Assembly: GCF_009914755.1 (NCBI RefSeq)
Contig: NC_060925.1
Source: the human T2T-CHM13v2.0 reference genome, Homo sapiens
Direction: 5' to 3' (one strand)
Length of the DNA: 64,000 bases
In this document: in pieces, positions 1-13,275 of the stretch
Position numbering within the stretch: the stretch's first letter is position 1
Layout: every line of letters begins with the position of its first letter
Program-made: the position numbers and the translations under genes
The notes under the pieces: model-generated
Told to the model about the DNA's origin: nothing
Databases searched by the model: none
Seen by the model: the letters and a program-made list of their open reading frames with translations, nothing else

Positions 1-133
1 TGCCAGGACATTATTTGAAATACATTGTTTGACCTAGTTATAGACATTCTGATGGACAGCACTAAGAGGTTGTCAAGTTTATTAATTCTTTCTCCCTTTT
101 TTCCTATGACATTTTATGTTTATTTCCTTCTGA

Positions 134-507
<374 letters not shown>

Positions 508-859
508 AATTCTGTATATTTTTAACTAAACTCACAAACTTAATGTACCAAGTAACTTGTAACACTGATCAGCATGTTATGAAGTCACTAGATGTGTACT
601 GAAACCTGTTTCCAACATGAGTTGTCATCTTGTAATAATCAGATAGTTAAACTCAATACATAATCTAATTATCGCACTCATTTTATAAATTCATCTAGCC
701 TAAACTTTGGCTATGAATCACTCTACTTGTCAAGACACACTGATTAAAGTAAAAAGGATATCATATGTGACAAGGAATGTGTCAAAATATAAAACATTCA
801 CTGTTTTATATTATCAGGTATGATTCTTCACCGAAATCAGCAAGGCCTGCTTGAATTTA

Positions 860-990
860 ATTCCCCTGAGGGCAAGACCTTTATCTCATTCACCACTCTA
901 TCCCCAGCACCTAAAACAGAGTCTGGCACATATCAAGGGTTCATTACATATGCACTAGTTAAATGACTTACTAGTGAATTCATAAATAAA
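860..990 (+). mobile_element. L2 3' end fragment
   Basis: gagggcaagacc...tatccccagcacctaaaacagagtctggcacata resembles the L2 3' terminus. Confidence 0.7.
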
Positions 991-999
991 TGAAATCCA

Positions 1000-1620
1000 T
1001 AATAATTGATACCTGTATCGATAATGCCTCATGTAAATACTTAAAACTTTAATGCATAGAGAGACAGCATAAAATAGCTGTGAGTGTTAAAATTTTTTTA
1101 AATACCCAGAGTGAGTGAAAATGTAGAAAAATGAAAGAGGAGCTATCATCTGCTGCTGGTGAAAATGTAAATTAATAAATTTGTGGAGGATAATTTACAA
1201 TATATGCTGTAAGTTTTACATCCAAAAACTCTATGCTTACAAATTTATCTTAAGAAAATGATCAGATTTGGGCATAAAGATTTATTGACAAAGATAGTAG
1301 AATTTTTATAATAATAATAAAATTAAAATGTTCTATACATCCAAAATAATGGAGTGGTTAATTAAATTATAGCATACCCAAAGAATGGAATATTATGCAG
1401 CTAGTAAAAATTGTCATTCAGTGAAATTAAAAAGATGTACCATCAATTTTTTAAATTCAAAATGCATATTAATAAAAAAGAGTGGAAAACACATAAAAAT
1501 ACTAAGTAATCTGTTGCTTCTTGGTAGAATTACAAGTGATATGTATTTTCAGTATTTTGTAATTGCTCTTTTCAATATTTTCTAAATTTTCTACAAGGAA
1601 AAAATGTTTACTGTTAGGGT
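1000..1620 (+). mobile_element. Old L1M(E) 3' fragment
   Basis: ctgctggtgaaaatgtaaatt and aatggaatattatgcagct are L1 ORF2-end/3'UTR motifs; highly diverged. Confidence 0.7.
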
Positions 1621-1674
1621 AAGATTATTTTAATAAAATTAATTTAAAATCAAAACACAAAGGAAAAAAACTAG

Positions 1675-1820
1675 TATTAAAACCAGAAAGACCTAGGTTT
1701 GAAATTAGGCTTGGGCACAGCTTCCTCAACCCTCTCATCCTGTTTCTTCATGTATGTAACACTGTCTACATTGCAGGGCTTAGCATAGTGCTGTGCACAT
1801 AGTAGATAATCAATAAATGA
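1675..1820 (+). mobile_element. MIR SINE fragment
   Basis: agacctaggtttgaa...tgtttcttcatgt...gcacatagtagataatcaataaatg. Confidence 0.6.
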
Positions 1821-2906
1821 TGCCCCAAAATAACTACATTCAGTTAATATGAGACATAAGGATTTGTAAATGAAGACTATGAAATATATTTTTGCAAAAA
1901 TTTCCCTTTTAATACCTTTATCCTTACCAAAAATTTATTTCATTGCCTGTTGCATGGGTCAGTTCAAAAAACAATTAATTACATATGGAAGGATTATATG
2001 AAGTTGCAATCACAGCAATTACTAATGTAGTTCACCAATACATTTTTGAGCATATTGCTCAAATGCTTAAAATGTGGTTTTTAAAAAAAATCTATCTAAA
2101 ACATTTTATAACTGGCTAGCTTTTATGACAATTTAAATTTTTCCATATGGCCAACAGCTGACAGTATTATGCCAGCTTTAATGTTCCTCTCTTTTTTTAT
2201 ATAAATATGCACTTTCAAAAACAGATTTAAATTATTGAGAAGAGAACCATGAATTTTTATAGAGTTCGTGTTGACATAGGGCTTTGTAATACTTAAACTA
2301 AACCTTTATGGTATATCGTTTACGTCACTTTTCTCCATTGCACAAATGAAGCTTTAACTCTATGCGATTGTTGAAGAAGTGGGTTTAAAGTCTCTTTAAC
2401 ATGATTGATTCTTCTATAACAAATGTGCTAACAGCCTACATCAATCTGGGCTTTTGACCTTTGAAGATCCAGACTTAGAGTTTGAGTATCTACATTTGGG
2501 TCTTAACCCCATAACTTCTAACTTAGTTTTAGCATGAGGATCAAATAAGCTCAAACACAAGCGAGCACTCTGTCAATGGTAAAAGCATATTTATGGTCTC
2601 TCGGCCCCAGCTCTGCATGAAATTGTGGTTCTGTACTCATGCGAGCTTGGGAAACTATTTCCATGTTGGAGAACCACAGGTACATTAGCACAAATAACCT
2701 GTCATTCTCAAGGTTAGAGAAGCGTTTGCTGGAGAGTGGTAGAAATAGCTCAGAACTGCCTAGAGAATGTTATCAGAATAAACATGCAGTCTCATTCCCC
2801 TCCACCTCCCATAACTACCGATCAGATCTGGACTCACCCTTGAGGTGAAGATATATTGTTGAAGTGAGGAAAAGAAACCTGTTTTTCAAAAGTATCTTAA
2901 GGGTTT

Positions 2907-2958
2907 CTGATATATGGTTATGCCATGAGTACCTGATATATGGTTATGCCATGAGTAC
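2907..2958. repeat. Perfect 26-bp tandem duplication
   Basis: ctgatatatggttatgccatgagtac at 2907-2932 and again at 2933-2958. Confidence 0.97.
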
Positions 2959-3279
2959 TAAGGATGATAATTTCTACATTAACATATGGTCTTGACTTTA
3001 TAATTCCATTATTTTGCATACTGTTTCGAGTAATATCTATTAATGCCCCCACAAAATTTGGAATTGTGATTCTTTCTCAATTCTGTTTTTTCTACCCATT
3101 TCTTTCTTCTTCACTTCACTGAGGCTTCTGGGACAAAATACAACCATTATTCACTTTCTGATGTAGTGAGACATATTTTCACCAAAATGACAGACTGGAT
3201 GTTCAGGTGAGAGTAACTGCAATATCTTGAACATAGTAGGAAATAGATAATAATTTAATATGATTTACTTGATATTTTA

Positions 3280-4262
3280 AAGTAGCAACTTTACTGAGAT
3301 ATAATTCACACACTCTTTCACCCATTTAAAATATACCATTCAGTGACTTTTGGTATATTCAGAGTTTTGTGATCACCACAATCAATTTTAGCACATTTCA
3401 GCATCTCCAAATAAAACACTGTATCCATTAGCTATTACTTTCCATTTCCCCTCAACGTCCACATTTGTGTACACATTTCTGTTTGCAAATATATTTTAAA
3501 TCCCTGTGGGCATTTGCCTAGGAGTAGGATGATGGGTCATACCGTCACTCTATGTTTAACCTTTTGAGGAACTGTCAGATTGTTTTGACAGCCATTGTGA
3601 CTACTAATTCCTACTAATAAATATAATTGTTGCAGGAAAATCTATATAAAAATGATAACTAGTATGTAAGTCTCTGAAAATAAAATCCCCTCTAAAGCTG
3701 CATGATTTTACATTCCCTCTAGCAAAGTATGAGGATTTCACTTTCCACATTCTCATCAACACTTGCTATTGTCTGTCCTTTTTATTATAGTCATCGGAGT
3801 GAGTATAAAGTGGTATCTCATTGTGGTTTTGATTTGCATTTCCCTAATGGCTAAGAACGCTGAGTATCTTTTTGTGTTTTATTGGCCATCTCTATACCAT
3901 TTTTGGAGAAGTGTCTATTCAGAATCTTTGCCCCATCTTCAGCTGGATTATGTCCTTTTATTATTGAGTTGTAAGAGTACTTTATATATTCCAGATACAA
4001 GTCTTCTATCAGATATTTGCTTTTTTTCTCCCATCTGTGTGTTGTCTTTTCACTTTCTTGATGGTATCCTTTAAGCACAAAAGTTTTAAATTTTTAATGA
4101 AGTCCAATTTATCTATTTTCCTTTTTGTTGCTTGTGCTTTTGGTGTCATAACTAAGATGTCTTTGCCTAACCCAAGGTCACAAGATTTACTTCTCTGTTT
4201 TCTTCTAAGAGTTTATAGTTTTGCTCTTACATTGAGGTCTATGATGCATTCTGAGTTACTGT
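3280..4262 (-). mobile_element. L1MB-like 3' portion, internally deleted and interrupted
   Basis: actttactgagatataattcaca (3' end) and gtggtatctcattgtggttttgatttgcatttccctaatg are characteristic L1 minus-strand motifs. Confidence 0.88.
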
Positions 4263-4489
4263 TTTTCAAAAGTAGGTCCTTTTACTTATAAAGTCATTAA
4301 AATACATTGATTTGTGTAAATGTGATCAACAGAGATTATGTCCCATTTCAAGGATTAACAACTGGGAAGAGGAAAAAAAGGCAATCCAAAAACATGCTAT
4401 GAAACAGTATTTCCAATTTATGGAGTCCCTGAAGGATATATTCTGTATCCTCTATGTCATGAGCATTAAAGCAATCTACTCATTGAGGC

Positions 4490-5830
4490 TGATTCTTAAT
4501 ATGTGTTTTGGCATGGACTTCTTTGGGTTTTCCTATTTGGGGTCAGCTCAGCTTCTTGAATTTGTTTGTCTTTTGTAGGTTTTTGTAGGTTTGTGGGTTT
4601 TGTGGGTTTGTCTTCTGCCAAACTTTAGAAGTGTGCAGCTCTTATTATATATCTTCAAATACTTTTTCAACACCATGCTTTTTCTCCACTCCTTCTGGGA
4701 CTTAGTTGATATGATTATTAGATCATTTTTTTACAGTTACACAGGTCCCTGAGGCTTTGTTCACTATTTTCTAATCTATTTTTTCTCTGTTATTTAGATA
4801 GGATGATTTCTATTGTTGTATTTCCAAGTTTGCTAATTCTTCTCTTTGTCTTTTCCATTTTACTGTTGAGCCCATCCAATGACTTTTTAATTTTATTTAT
4901 TGTATTTTTCAGTTCTAACATTTACTTTTGGTTCTTCTTTATATATCCTATTTTTCTGCTGATACTTTCCATTTTTTCATTTGTTTCAAGTGTGTTTATA
5001 GTTGCTCACTGAAGCATTTTTATGATGGCTGCTTTAAAATCCCTGTCAGATCATCCCAACATCTATGCCATGTTGGTGGTGTCTTCTGTTTCAAGTTTAG
5101 GTTTTCCTGGCTCCTTGGTATGACAAGTGATTTTTACTGTATTCTGGACATCATACTTATTATCATATTAGACTTCGGATCTTTCTTAAATCTTATGTTT
5201 TAACAAGTTTCCTCTGACACAACACTACAGGGGAAGGGGATGCTGCCTCATTTCTGCTGAATGGCAGTGGAAGTTCAGATTCCATTCATACCACCATGGA
5301 AAGAGAGTGGTTCATGACCTCCGGGAAAAGACGCAAATCCTACTTTCTACTCTCTGACACACCCCGGCAACCAGTGGAAGAGGTACCTCATTACCTCTAG
5401 GTGAGGGTGGAAGTCCAGGCTTCCCACTCAGCCTTTGCTGACAAGGGTCGAAATAGGACTACCATTTTTTTCTGTGATGTATGGATAAAGTAGGGCAGCA
5501 ATTTTCCAAAATGTTTGTTTTGCCAGCATGAGCTTTTCCTGGTTCTTTGGCTAAATAGACAAGACTTTTATTGGAGCTTTTTTTGTTTGTTTGCACTTTT
5601 AGCATTTCTATGTTACTGCCCTCTGGGATATATGTGGCAAAAATAAAACTCAGGGAGTTCACTGAGATGTTGTTCCTCAAGTTCCAAGGTCCCTAATTCA
5701 TCTGTCTTCTCTCCATCCTTCAGACTTTGCTTGTGTTTACTTTATGCATAATGTTCATAATTTGTAATAGCATTTAGCAGAAGGAATAGAGAAGAGTGTG
5801 TGTATCTTATCTTTTTCAGAACCAGAATGT
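4490..5830 (-). mobile_element. Old L1M (MC/MD-like) 5'/ORF1-region fragment
   Basis: cacaggtccctgaggctttgttca and gcatttttatgatggctgctttaaaatccctgtcaga match L1M antisense. Confidence 0.75.
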
Positions 5831-8800
5831 AATATATTTGATGTGAATGTTCTCTATATGTTTATTATTTCTCTAAAAATTTTTATGGTCTGATACTATT
5901 GTGATTTCACTCATTCAGGGCTCACTTAGAAATGTTTTTCATTATTACTATATCTTTGCATATTTCTCTGAGAAATTTTAATTTTATCATTAAAATTTTC
6001 ATAATCTCCATAGCACATCCAATTGCATTTTTGCCACAAATCGATGTTTGCCACATATCTATGTGGCATAGATATGTTTGCCACAAATCTATGTGGAAGG
6101 TATAACATCCACAGCCACAAAACCCAATTTTAATGAAAGTACAAAGGTAGTATATGATCATTCCACATGGGTGAAGGATAAGATGCTACTCATCATATCT
6201 TGCATAGACTTTTTCCAAATGCACACGACCAGAGCTTGATTATTCTCTTAATTTCAGCCTCACCTGAACAGATGTTCCTAGTTGATTTTCTTCTACTTGT
6301 GCACTGATAGTCTCATTTATTCTGATTATCATTTTGTGTTTTTATTGAGCATGATCTTCTATTTGCTCATTTTCATTCCCCATTCCTGTTTGAGCACCTC
6401 CATCATCTTTCACACAGTTTGCTTTTGATGTCTGAAAAAGCCAATAATACCCACAAATCTGCTGTGGCTCAGATGCTCACTACAAAAGTCTTTTCCTTTT
6501 CAGTCCATCTCCTGAAGATATTTTCCTGGCAGGCAATAAAACAACTTTAGAGAAATAATGTCGCATTTACTTCTCTCCACTTAATTTGGTTTTTAATTCT
6601 TTCTCATCTTGGGAATTTGTATGGGAGAAAAACTTCATTGTTTTGAGCCTGTCTCATGAACTAAACATAACCTTTGACAACATTTCAGTGATACAATGCT
6701 CATTTGGAAATTTTACTAAAAATGTAAAACCTGTTTGGTGCAGCATGCTTTGCTAACCATTGTTACTTTCACATCTGCAATATTTTGAGACAAAGGATTA
6801 TAAAATCCAAGTAATCTTGTCCCTGGCTGTTCTTTTGGTTAGCAAAGGGGTTTCATAAAACTTAGTAGGAGGTAATATAAATTCACACAAGTAAACTAAC
6901 ACAAACTGATTTGAAGTCTCCATACCACCACTCCTTTTATTTTCTCCAATCACCTGGGAAAGGGTAAAATAACTAAAAAACAAACAGAAACATCAAGCCT
7001 TCTACATTGTTTTTTCCTGTTCCTGGCATGAATAGAATTGCTACTGAAATTCTCTTGGCTCTTATGATGTCATGATAGAAATGCCCTCTCACAGATCATT
7101 CCCATTTGTCTCCTTCCCTGCCTGCTCTGTAGTTGAAATAATTCTTTTCAAAAATAATTTATAAATTGTTTTGTATGACACCAGTGACATTTATTACAGG
7201 CATCAAGTTCAGCAAAAAATAACAAAGTATTTCTACTTAATTCATTTATCAAATGCTAAGGGCTATGGTAAGAATTTAGAGGTTATGTCACTTAGCATCT
7301 TACAGTGAGTAGAACAATTTTGTTCCCAGTCAGATGAGTTAACTTGGAAGGCACTGGTCAACAAGAAGTCTGCCAGAAAAGAAAGAATGGTGGCATTGAA
7401 CAGAGAAGTTCCAGACAGAAGCCAAAGAGGAACCACAGTACAGTTAGTTGATTTGATTTGTTGTCATTCTTTCCTTTAATTTTAGAAAGTGGTTATTTTC
7501 CATTATTTCTTTAAAATTGTTTTACTTGGGTTTTTTTTTTTTGCAAATTGTTATATCACATGGGTAAAACTGATTCTTTGATTAAATCTAACTCTTCAAC
7601 CTTAATTATTATTTAACTGGTATACCACTATATACACACTAGGATTATATTTGAAAGGTAGGTCGAAGCCATGTGCAATTTTCCTAACTGTACTGCACAC
7701 CATAAAGTTTTAATGTAATGCAAGTATTTCCCCAAGTACTTTTCTCCACTGGAATTATATCAGAAGAATTTATCATAACAGGATGTGTTTGTAGAACTCA
7801 GCATCTCTCTGTAAGACAATGGGATTCCTTTTCCTCCCTCTTTGCCTCTACTCATTTGAGAGCATTTTCAAAACCATAGAAATCAGTCTCTGCTTTAGTT
7901 TCATTGATTCCACCCAATGTAAGAAAAAAACAATTGTTTCATAAAACTGGAGCATCACTCTCTTATCAACTTCCACACTTACTATACTTACATCTGTAGC
8001 TGTAAAACTGGCCATACCATGTTTTAGATGTAGTGATGCTCAACCTCAAAGGAGAAAATATTCCAAGATCTGTATTAAATGACATCTTAAATTGAACTAT
8101 TTTAAATTGAACTATCCTAACTCAGGTTCCAACATTAATTTTTAATATATTATGGGTATTGTGGGTTAACTAAAGAAAAAATTATCTGGGCAGAAATGAA
8201 GCTCTTCAGTGGTCCTCACAAATGAGAAAGGATTCTGAAACCGATAAGCAGGAATTTCTACATACTGGGATCTTGAGGAATGAGTGAGAGAGATGTCACT
8301 TGGAAATGTAACAAAGACCACTAATGAGTGAAGGCTCTTACTAAAGTCACCTGAAGCACCCTGTTCAAAGGGATCACTAGCTGAAGAGATAACATTGTAC
8401 CATCATGTAAACTGGCCTTTGACTATTACTAAGAATTCTCCACTGTACCAACCCCACACTGGCACCTGCCCTCAAGAGCCTTCTCTTCTTGCAAAGTGGG
8501 AAAGTAGGAATTATTCATTCCTCATGCTTAATGCATTCGTATTAATTCTTCACATACTATTCAAACACTTTCATGTTGATAGTACCTTGAGGTTTTTGAT
8601 GTTTATTTCTGTGCATTTTCTTGTCTCCTGGCCCACATATTCCCTTTTCTTCGTCCATCTGCCTTTATTTCTCCCACCATATCTATCTATATCTTGCAAA
8701 GAAAAGGGACTTTAACATTTTCGCTTGCAGTACTCTTTCCCTAGAATCGGTGCCAACAAATTGCAACCATTGACGGGCCCTGGTGTGCTCATACGCTTCT

Positions 8801-9839
8801 GTACATCACCACTAGAAACAGTAAGAGACGACAAGCAACTGCAGATTGAGCATCTAGTGTGGATATATAGAGCTAACATCCACCACTTGGCAAGCTGTGT
8901 TCAGGGAGGCTTACTTAGCTCTCATTCCGGGATTATTATAAAAATAAATCTTTTAACATTTGTTTGGGATTAAAAGTGAGGGAATCTAGACTCACATTTT
9001 AAAATGCACATCCTGATGAATAATAAATACACTTAGTAAATATACATTAAGGGAGAATTATATTTTCTGCAGCTTGTTGTGTTTCACTGAAGGCATTCTC
9101 CACATAACAATGAATTAACAGAACCCAAATATCAGACCAAGATTGGAGTAGGGCGTGTCTAACTTGTAAATTTCTAAATACGTTAGAAATTTAAAAGAAA
9201 AAATGCCTAAAACAAGAGCAGACGAAAATGAAGGAGATGCGAGGTATTTATGAGAGGAAAGAGAGGCCTGAAAGACATTCCAGGGCAACGGATAGGAGGC
9301 TGTCTGGGTTGTGCTGGAAAAAGCACCAAGATCAGAGCAAACAATGTGAGTTCCAGTCTTACCTTGGCCACCAATCCTCTGCCTTGGATTCCTCTACTGC
9401 AAAAGGGTATTAGAATGCCTGTGAGGATCACAAGACCTCATGGATACAGAATGACATGCAAACTATTTGACTGACACATGTGTTTGACAACCATGAAAGA
9501 AGGATAGAGATCCTACAATTTCAGGATCAAGGGAACATCTAAGAAAATGAATCTGTGAGGTTAGCCATAAGCAAATCTGAAAAATTAACTTTCAACCCCT
9601 TTAGCTTCTCCCATTTTCCTATATTCATTTCCACTAGTCCTTCCCTTCCAACCCCTCCGTGATGGTCCACTCATGCTGCCCACCTTCCCTCTACTTAGTT
9701 TTCCCCTCATCCACACTCCCCTATCCAGCCTTGTCTGTTGGACAACACTATCTCCAGCTGACCACATCCAAGTTTAATTGTCCTCTAATACTCTCTTTTC
9801 TCTGGACCCCATTCTCTGTTAATGCAAATCTGATGAACA

Positions 9840-10075
9840 CACGGGCTCAGGAGTTAGCGAATCTAGGGTGAAACCATAACTCTTCGTCAACTATAAAACT
9901 TGGCAAAATAAAATAAAATAAAATAACACCCTAAGTGCCTTTGTCTCCTCATCTGTAACCTAACAATAATAATAGCACTGACCTCATCGCACTCGTCTGA
10001 GGTTAAATGAGAAAATAAGGGTAAAGCCTCTAGTGCAGTAACTGGCACATAAATAGTCAGTTAGTGTTAGGTATT
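9840..10075 (+). mobile_element. MIR SINE with internal (AAAAT)n
   Basis: MIR core ctcctcatctgtaa...aataatagcactgacctcat...ggttaaatgaga...ctggcacata. Confidence 0.8.
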
Positions 10076-12477
10076 ATTGGGGCTCATATGTTACTGATGG
10101 ATATCAGTTTAATGCCCCCGCTCCAAAGCAACTCTTGATTTTATCAGTAGCCTTAATATTAAAGGACAGCACAATTGTGTGATTTTTAAATGCCATGACA
10201 AGGTGCGGATTCTTGATGGCAGGGGACATGGTGCCCTTGGACCAGGCTACCAAACTTTCAGTGCAGGATGTTCCATCACACTAGACCAGCCCTGCTTGCT
10301 GTGGCTGCTATCCTGTAGTGTCTCCTTCATTTACATAACAACAGAAAATGCAGGAACCCGCACCAGAAGACAGACGAGAATATTGGGATATTGTTTACTC
10401 TGGGGCCTTGTCAAATGATCTGCTCTTTATCCAGAACTGGGTAAATATAAATATTTTTGCAGAAACAAGTAAACACTGTACTGTGCAGTGATTTCACAAA
10501 CAACTATTTAATAGTCCATTACCAGCTTTTCCAGGCAAACAATCACCAAACCTCCTTTTTCATGGAAAGGGCTGTCGTCGCCTTGTTTATGGCTTGGTAG
10601 GGTGAAGGTGTTGGGAAGGCAGCAGGTACAAAACAGGTGACGCTAAAATTACTTGTCCCTCTTTGAAGCTTTTCAGGTAAGCTGTGTCCAGACTCAAGGA
10701 CACTGTGTTAAGACTGACTCCTGTGTCGCCCCTGAAAAGCCCTGGGAATTTTAATTGAAATTACTTTTCAGCACTGGCACTCTGCCTTATTTGCAATTTG
10801 TATTATGAAGGACAATGCTAAATAACAAGGGTGACTTTTTTTGAAATACGGACTCCAAAACTGTATGTTGGCAACCCTCCCCTCCTCACCTAAGAAATAA
10901 ACACAAGATTTCTTTTTTCCTTTTTTCACTAAAGGACAGTAAACATCTTTGGTTATCGATATTCAAAAGCCAACTAAAACAGCGTGGCAAGCTGGAGTGG
11001 GAGAAGGTCCCCAAAGTAGAAGGCTATTCATGGAAATGGAAACAAGCAGAAGAACAAACAGAAAAATCTCCATGTTTTCATCCTACATTTCAAAGCTGCA
11101 TTGAAACCGCAGTTCCTCTCGTCACAAGGCATTTCCTAAAAATTCATGAAACTCTTTAAAACAGGAAGTTCACACTTTTACTTTTTCAATATGATTCTTC
11201 CCCCTCAGTTCTACTTTAGCTCATTTACTCACTTAACAGAATACTTTTTAAACTAAGAACTGATACTTCCCATAAATATCTTTCCTGCAAAGCACCCCCA
11301 ACCTCACCCCAGAGCAGCCCTCTCCCTTGCGCGGTTTTCCAAGCGGTGTCCTGCTGCTTTCCTGCGACTTAGGACTGGTTTTCCCTAGAAGGTAATACCA
11401 GATGAACAAGATGTAGCATTTCAAAAATGCAACCAAGTGAGGGAATACGTAATGCTTAGCTAATTATGAAATTTGATGGCATCTTAGGGGAAAAATATCA
11501 AATCCTGCTATTGAATAGAAGCAATCTCAATAAACCTCCAACTTCTTAATGTATGAACATGGAAACCCTTTGCTCAGGGCCCAGATACGTGCCAGAGATA
11601 ATACGCCAAGAGAATAATTATTTCCCCGCGATGGGCTACTCTGATTATCTATCCCATTATGAATCAAGCCCTTGAAAATCCAAAGGTAAGCAGCAGTTAA
11701 ACAGCTATAAACAGTGGTTAATGAGAATTTTGAGGAAATATGATGGGTGACAACACTGTGAAACCCACTGCAGAAATGAGTTCCTAAGTGTGAAAAATAT
11801 ATGGTTTCCTGAACTTCAGACCCTATATGCCCTCTCTCCTTTTCCTTCTCCCACCCTGCGTCCATCCCTCCAGTTTATTTTTCTTTCTCCTTGCTTCCCC
11901 TGTCTCTTTTCCTCTTCCCATCTTTGTCTCCTCCACTTTCCTTTTAACTCCACACCTCACCACTTCACTCTCCCAAAGACTTGTCACAATATTCACATGG
12001 ACGTTTACCGTAAGCATATTTGATTCCTTGTTGGTATTTTTTAAATCAAATTTAACTCTTTCATATCACACTCTTTCTGTGTCCAAAATAAAACCAAGTT
12101 AAGATGCTTTATATTTTCCTATGATATCCCTGTTTATTTGAAAGCCATTAGCTACTGATGGGGTGGGGGTACGGGAGACAGAATAAAATTAATGATTCTG
12201 ACTCTAAAAAAAATACTAAAGCTCTAAAAGCCTCTTTGAATTAGGTTCATTTTGTTCCATCTGCCTGTTTCTCAACTTTTTTTTTAACATTTGTTCATCA
12301 TAAATTTATTGAGTACTTAATGTTTGCCAGGAAGTTTAAGCATACAAACAATAGGTTGGTGGAAAGATTATAAGGAAAGGGGGAAGGTTTTTATACATTT
12401 TTACTTTTTCCTCCAAAATTTATTCCTTATCTTTTCTTTGCAAGAAAACCAGTACAGAAAAAAATCAAAGGGCAAGA

Positions 12478-13229
12478 ACACACACACACACACACACACC
12501 ACACAAATCATACATACCAAACACATCACACACCAAAAACACACCACACACACCACACACCAAAAACACACCACACACACCACACACAAAAAACACACCA
12601 CACACACCACACACATCACACACCAAACACACACTATACACACACTGCACGCCACACACACCTCACACACCACACACCATACACCCCATACAGACCCTAC
12701 ACACCATGCACATACGACATACTACACACACCATACACACCACCATACACCACACACACACCATATACACACTGCACACCACACACGCCTCACACACACA
12801 CCGCACACCCCAAACATACCACACACCCCACACCATACAGACCCCACACACCAAGCGCATACCACATACCAAACACACCACACATCACACTCACACATAC
12901 ACACACCATACACATACACTGCACACCATACACACCTCACATACACCACACACCCGAAACATACCACACACACCACACACCATGTACACCATACACCCAC
13001 ACAGTACACACACTATGCACTACCACACGCCACACTCACACACACCACACACCCATACACACTCTACACACCACACCCCCAAAAACACCACACACCACAC
13101 ACACCATGCACACACCATGCACACACCACACACACACCACACAGGCACCACACATACCACACGCCCCATGCACACACCACACACCACACACACACACCAA
13201 TCACACACCCATACACAGATCACACCACA

Positions 13230-13273
<44 letters not shown>
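12478..13273. repeat. ~800-bp degenerate CA/CACAC-rich tandem array
   Basis: Almost entirely A/C, with 27-bp and ~147-bp internal periodicities, ending in a pure (CA)n run. Confidence 0.97.

Positions 13274-13275
<2 letters not shown>

Noticed and set aside
8087-8115. Short tandem duplications (15-bp period here; 16-bp period at about 15663-15694)
   Set aside because: Ordinary slippage products in AT-rich DNA.
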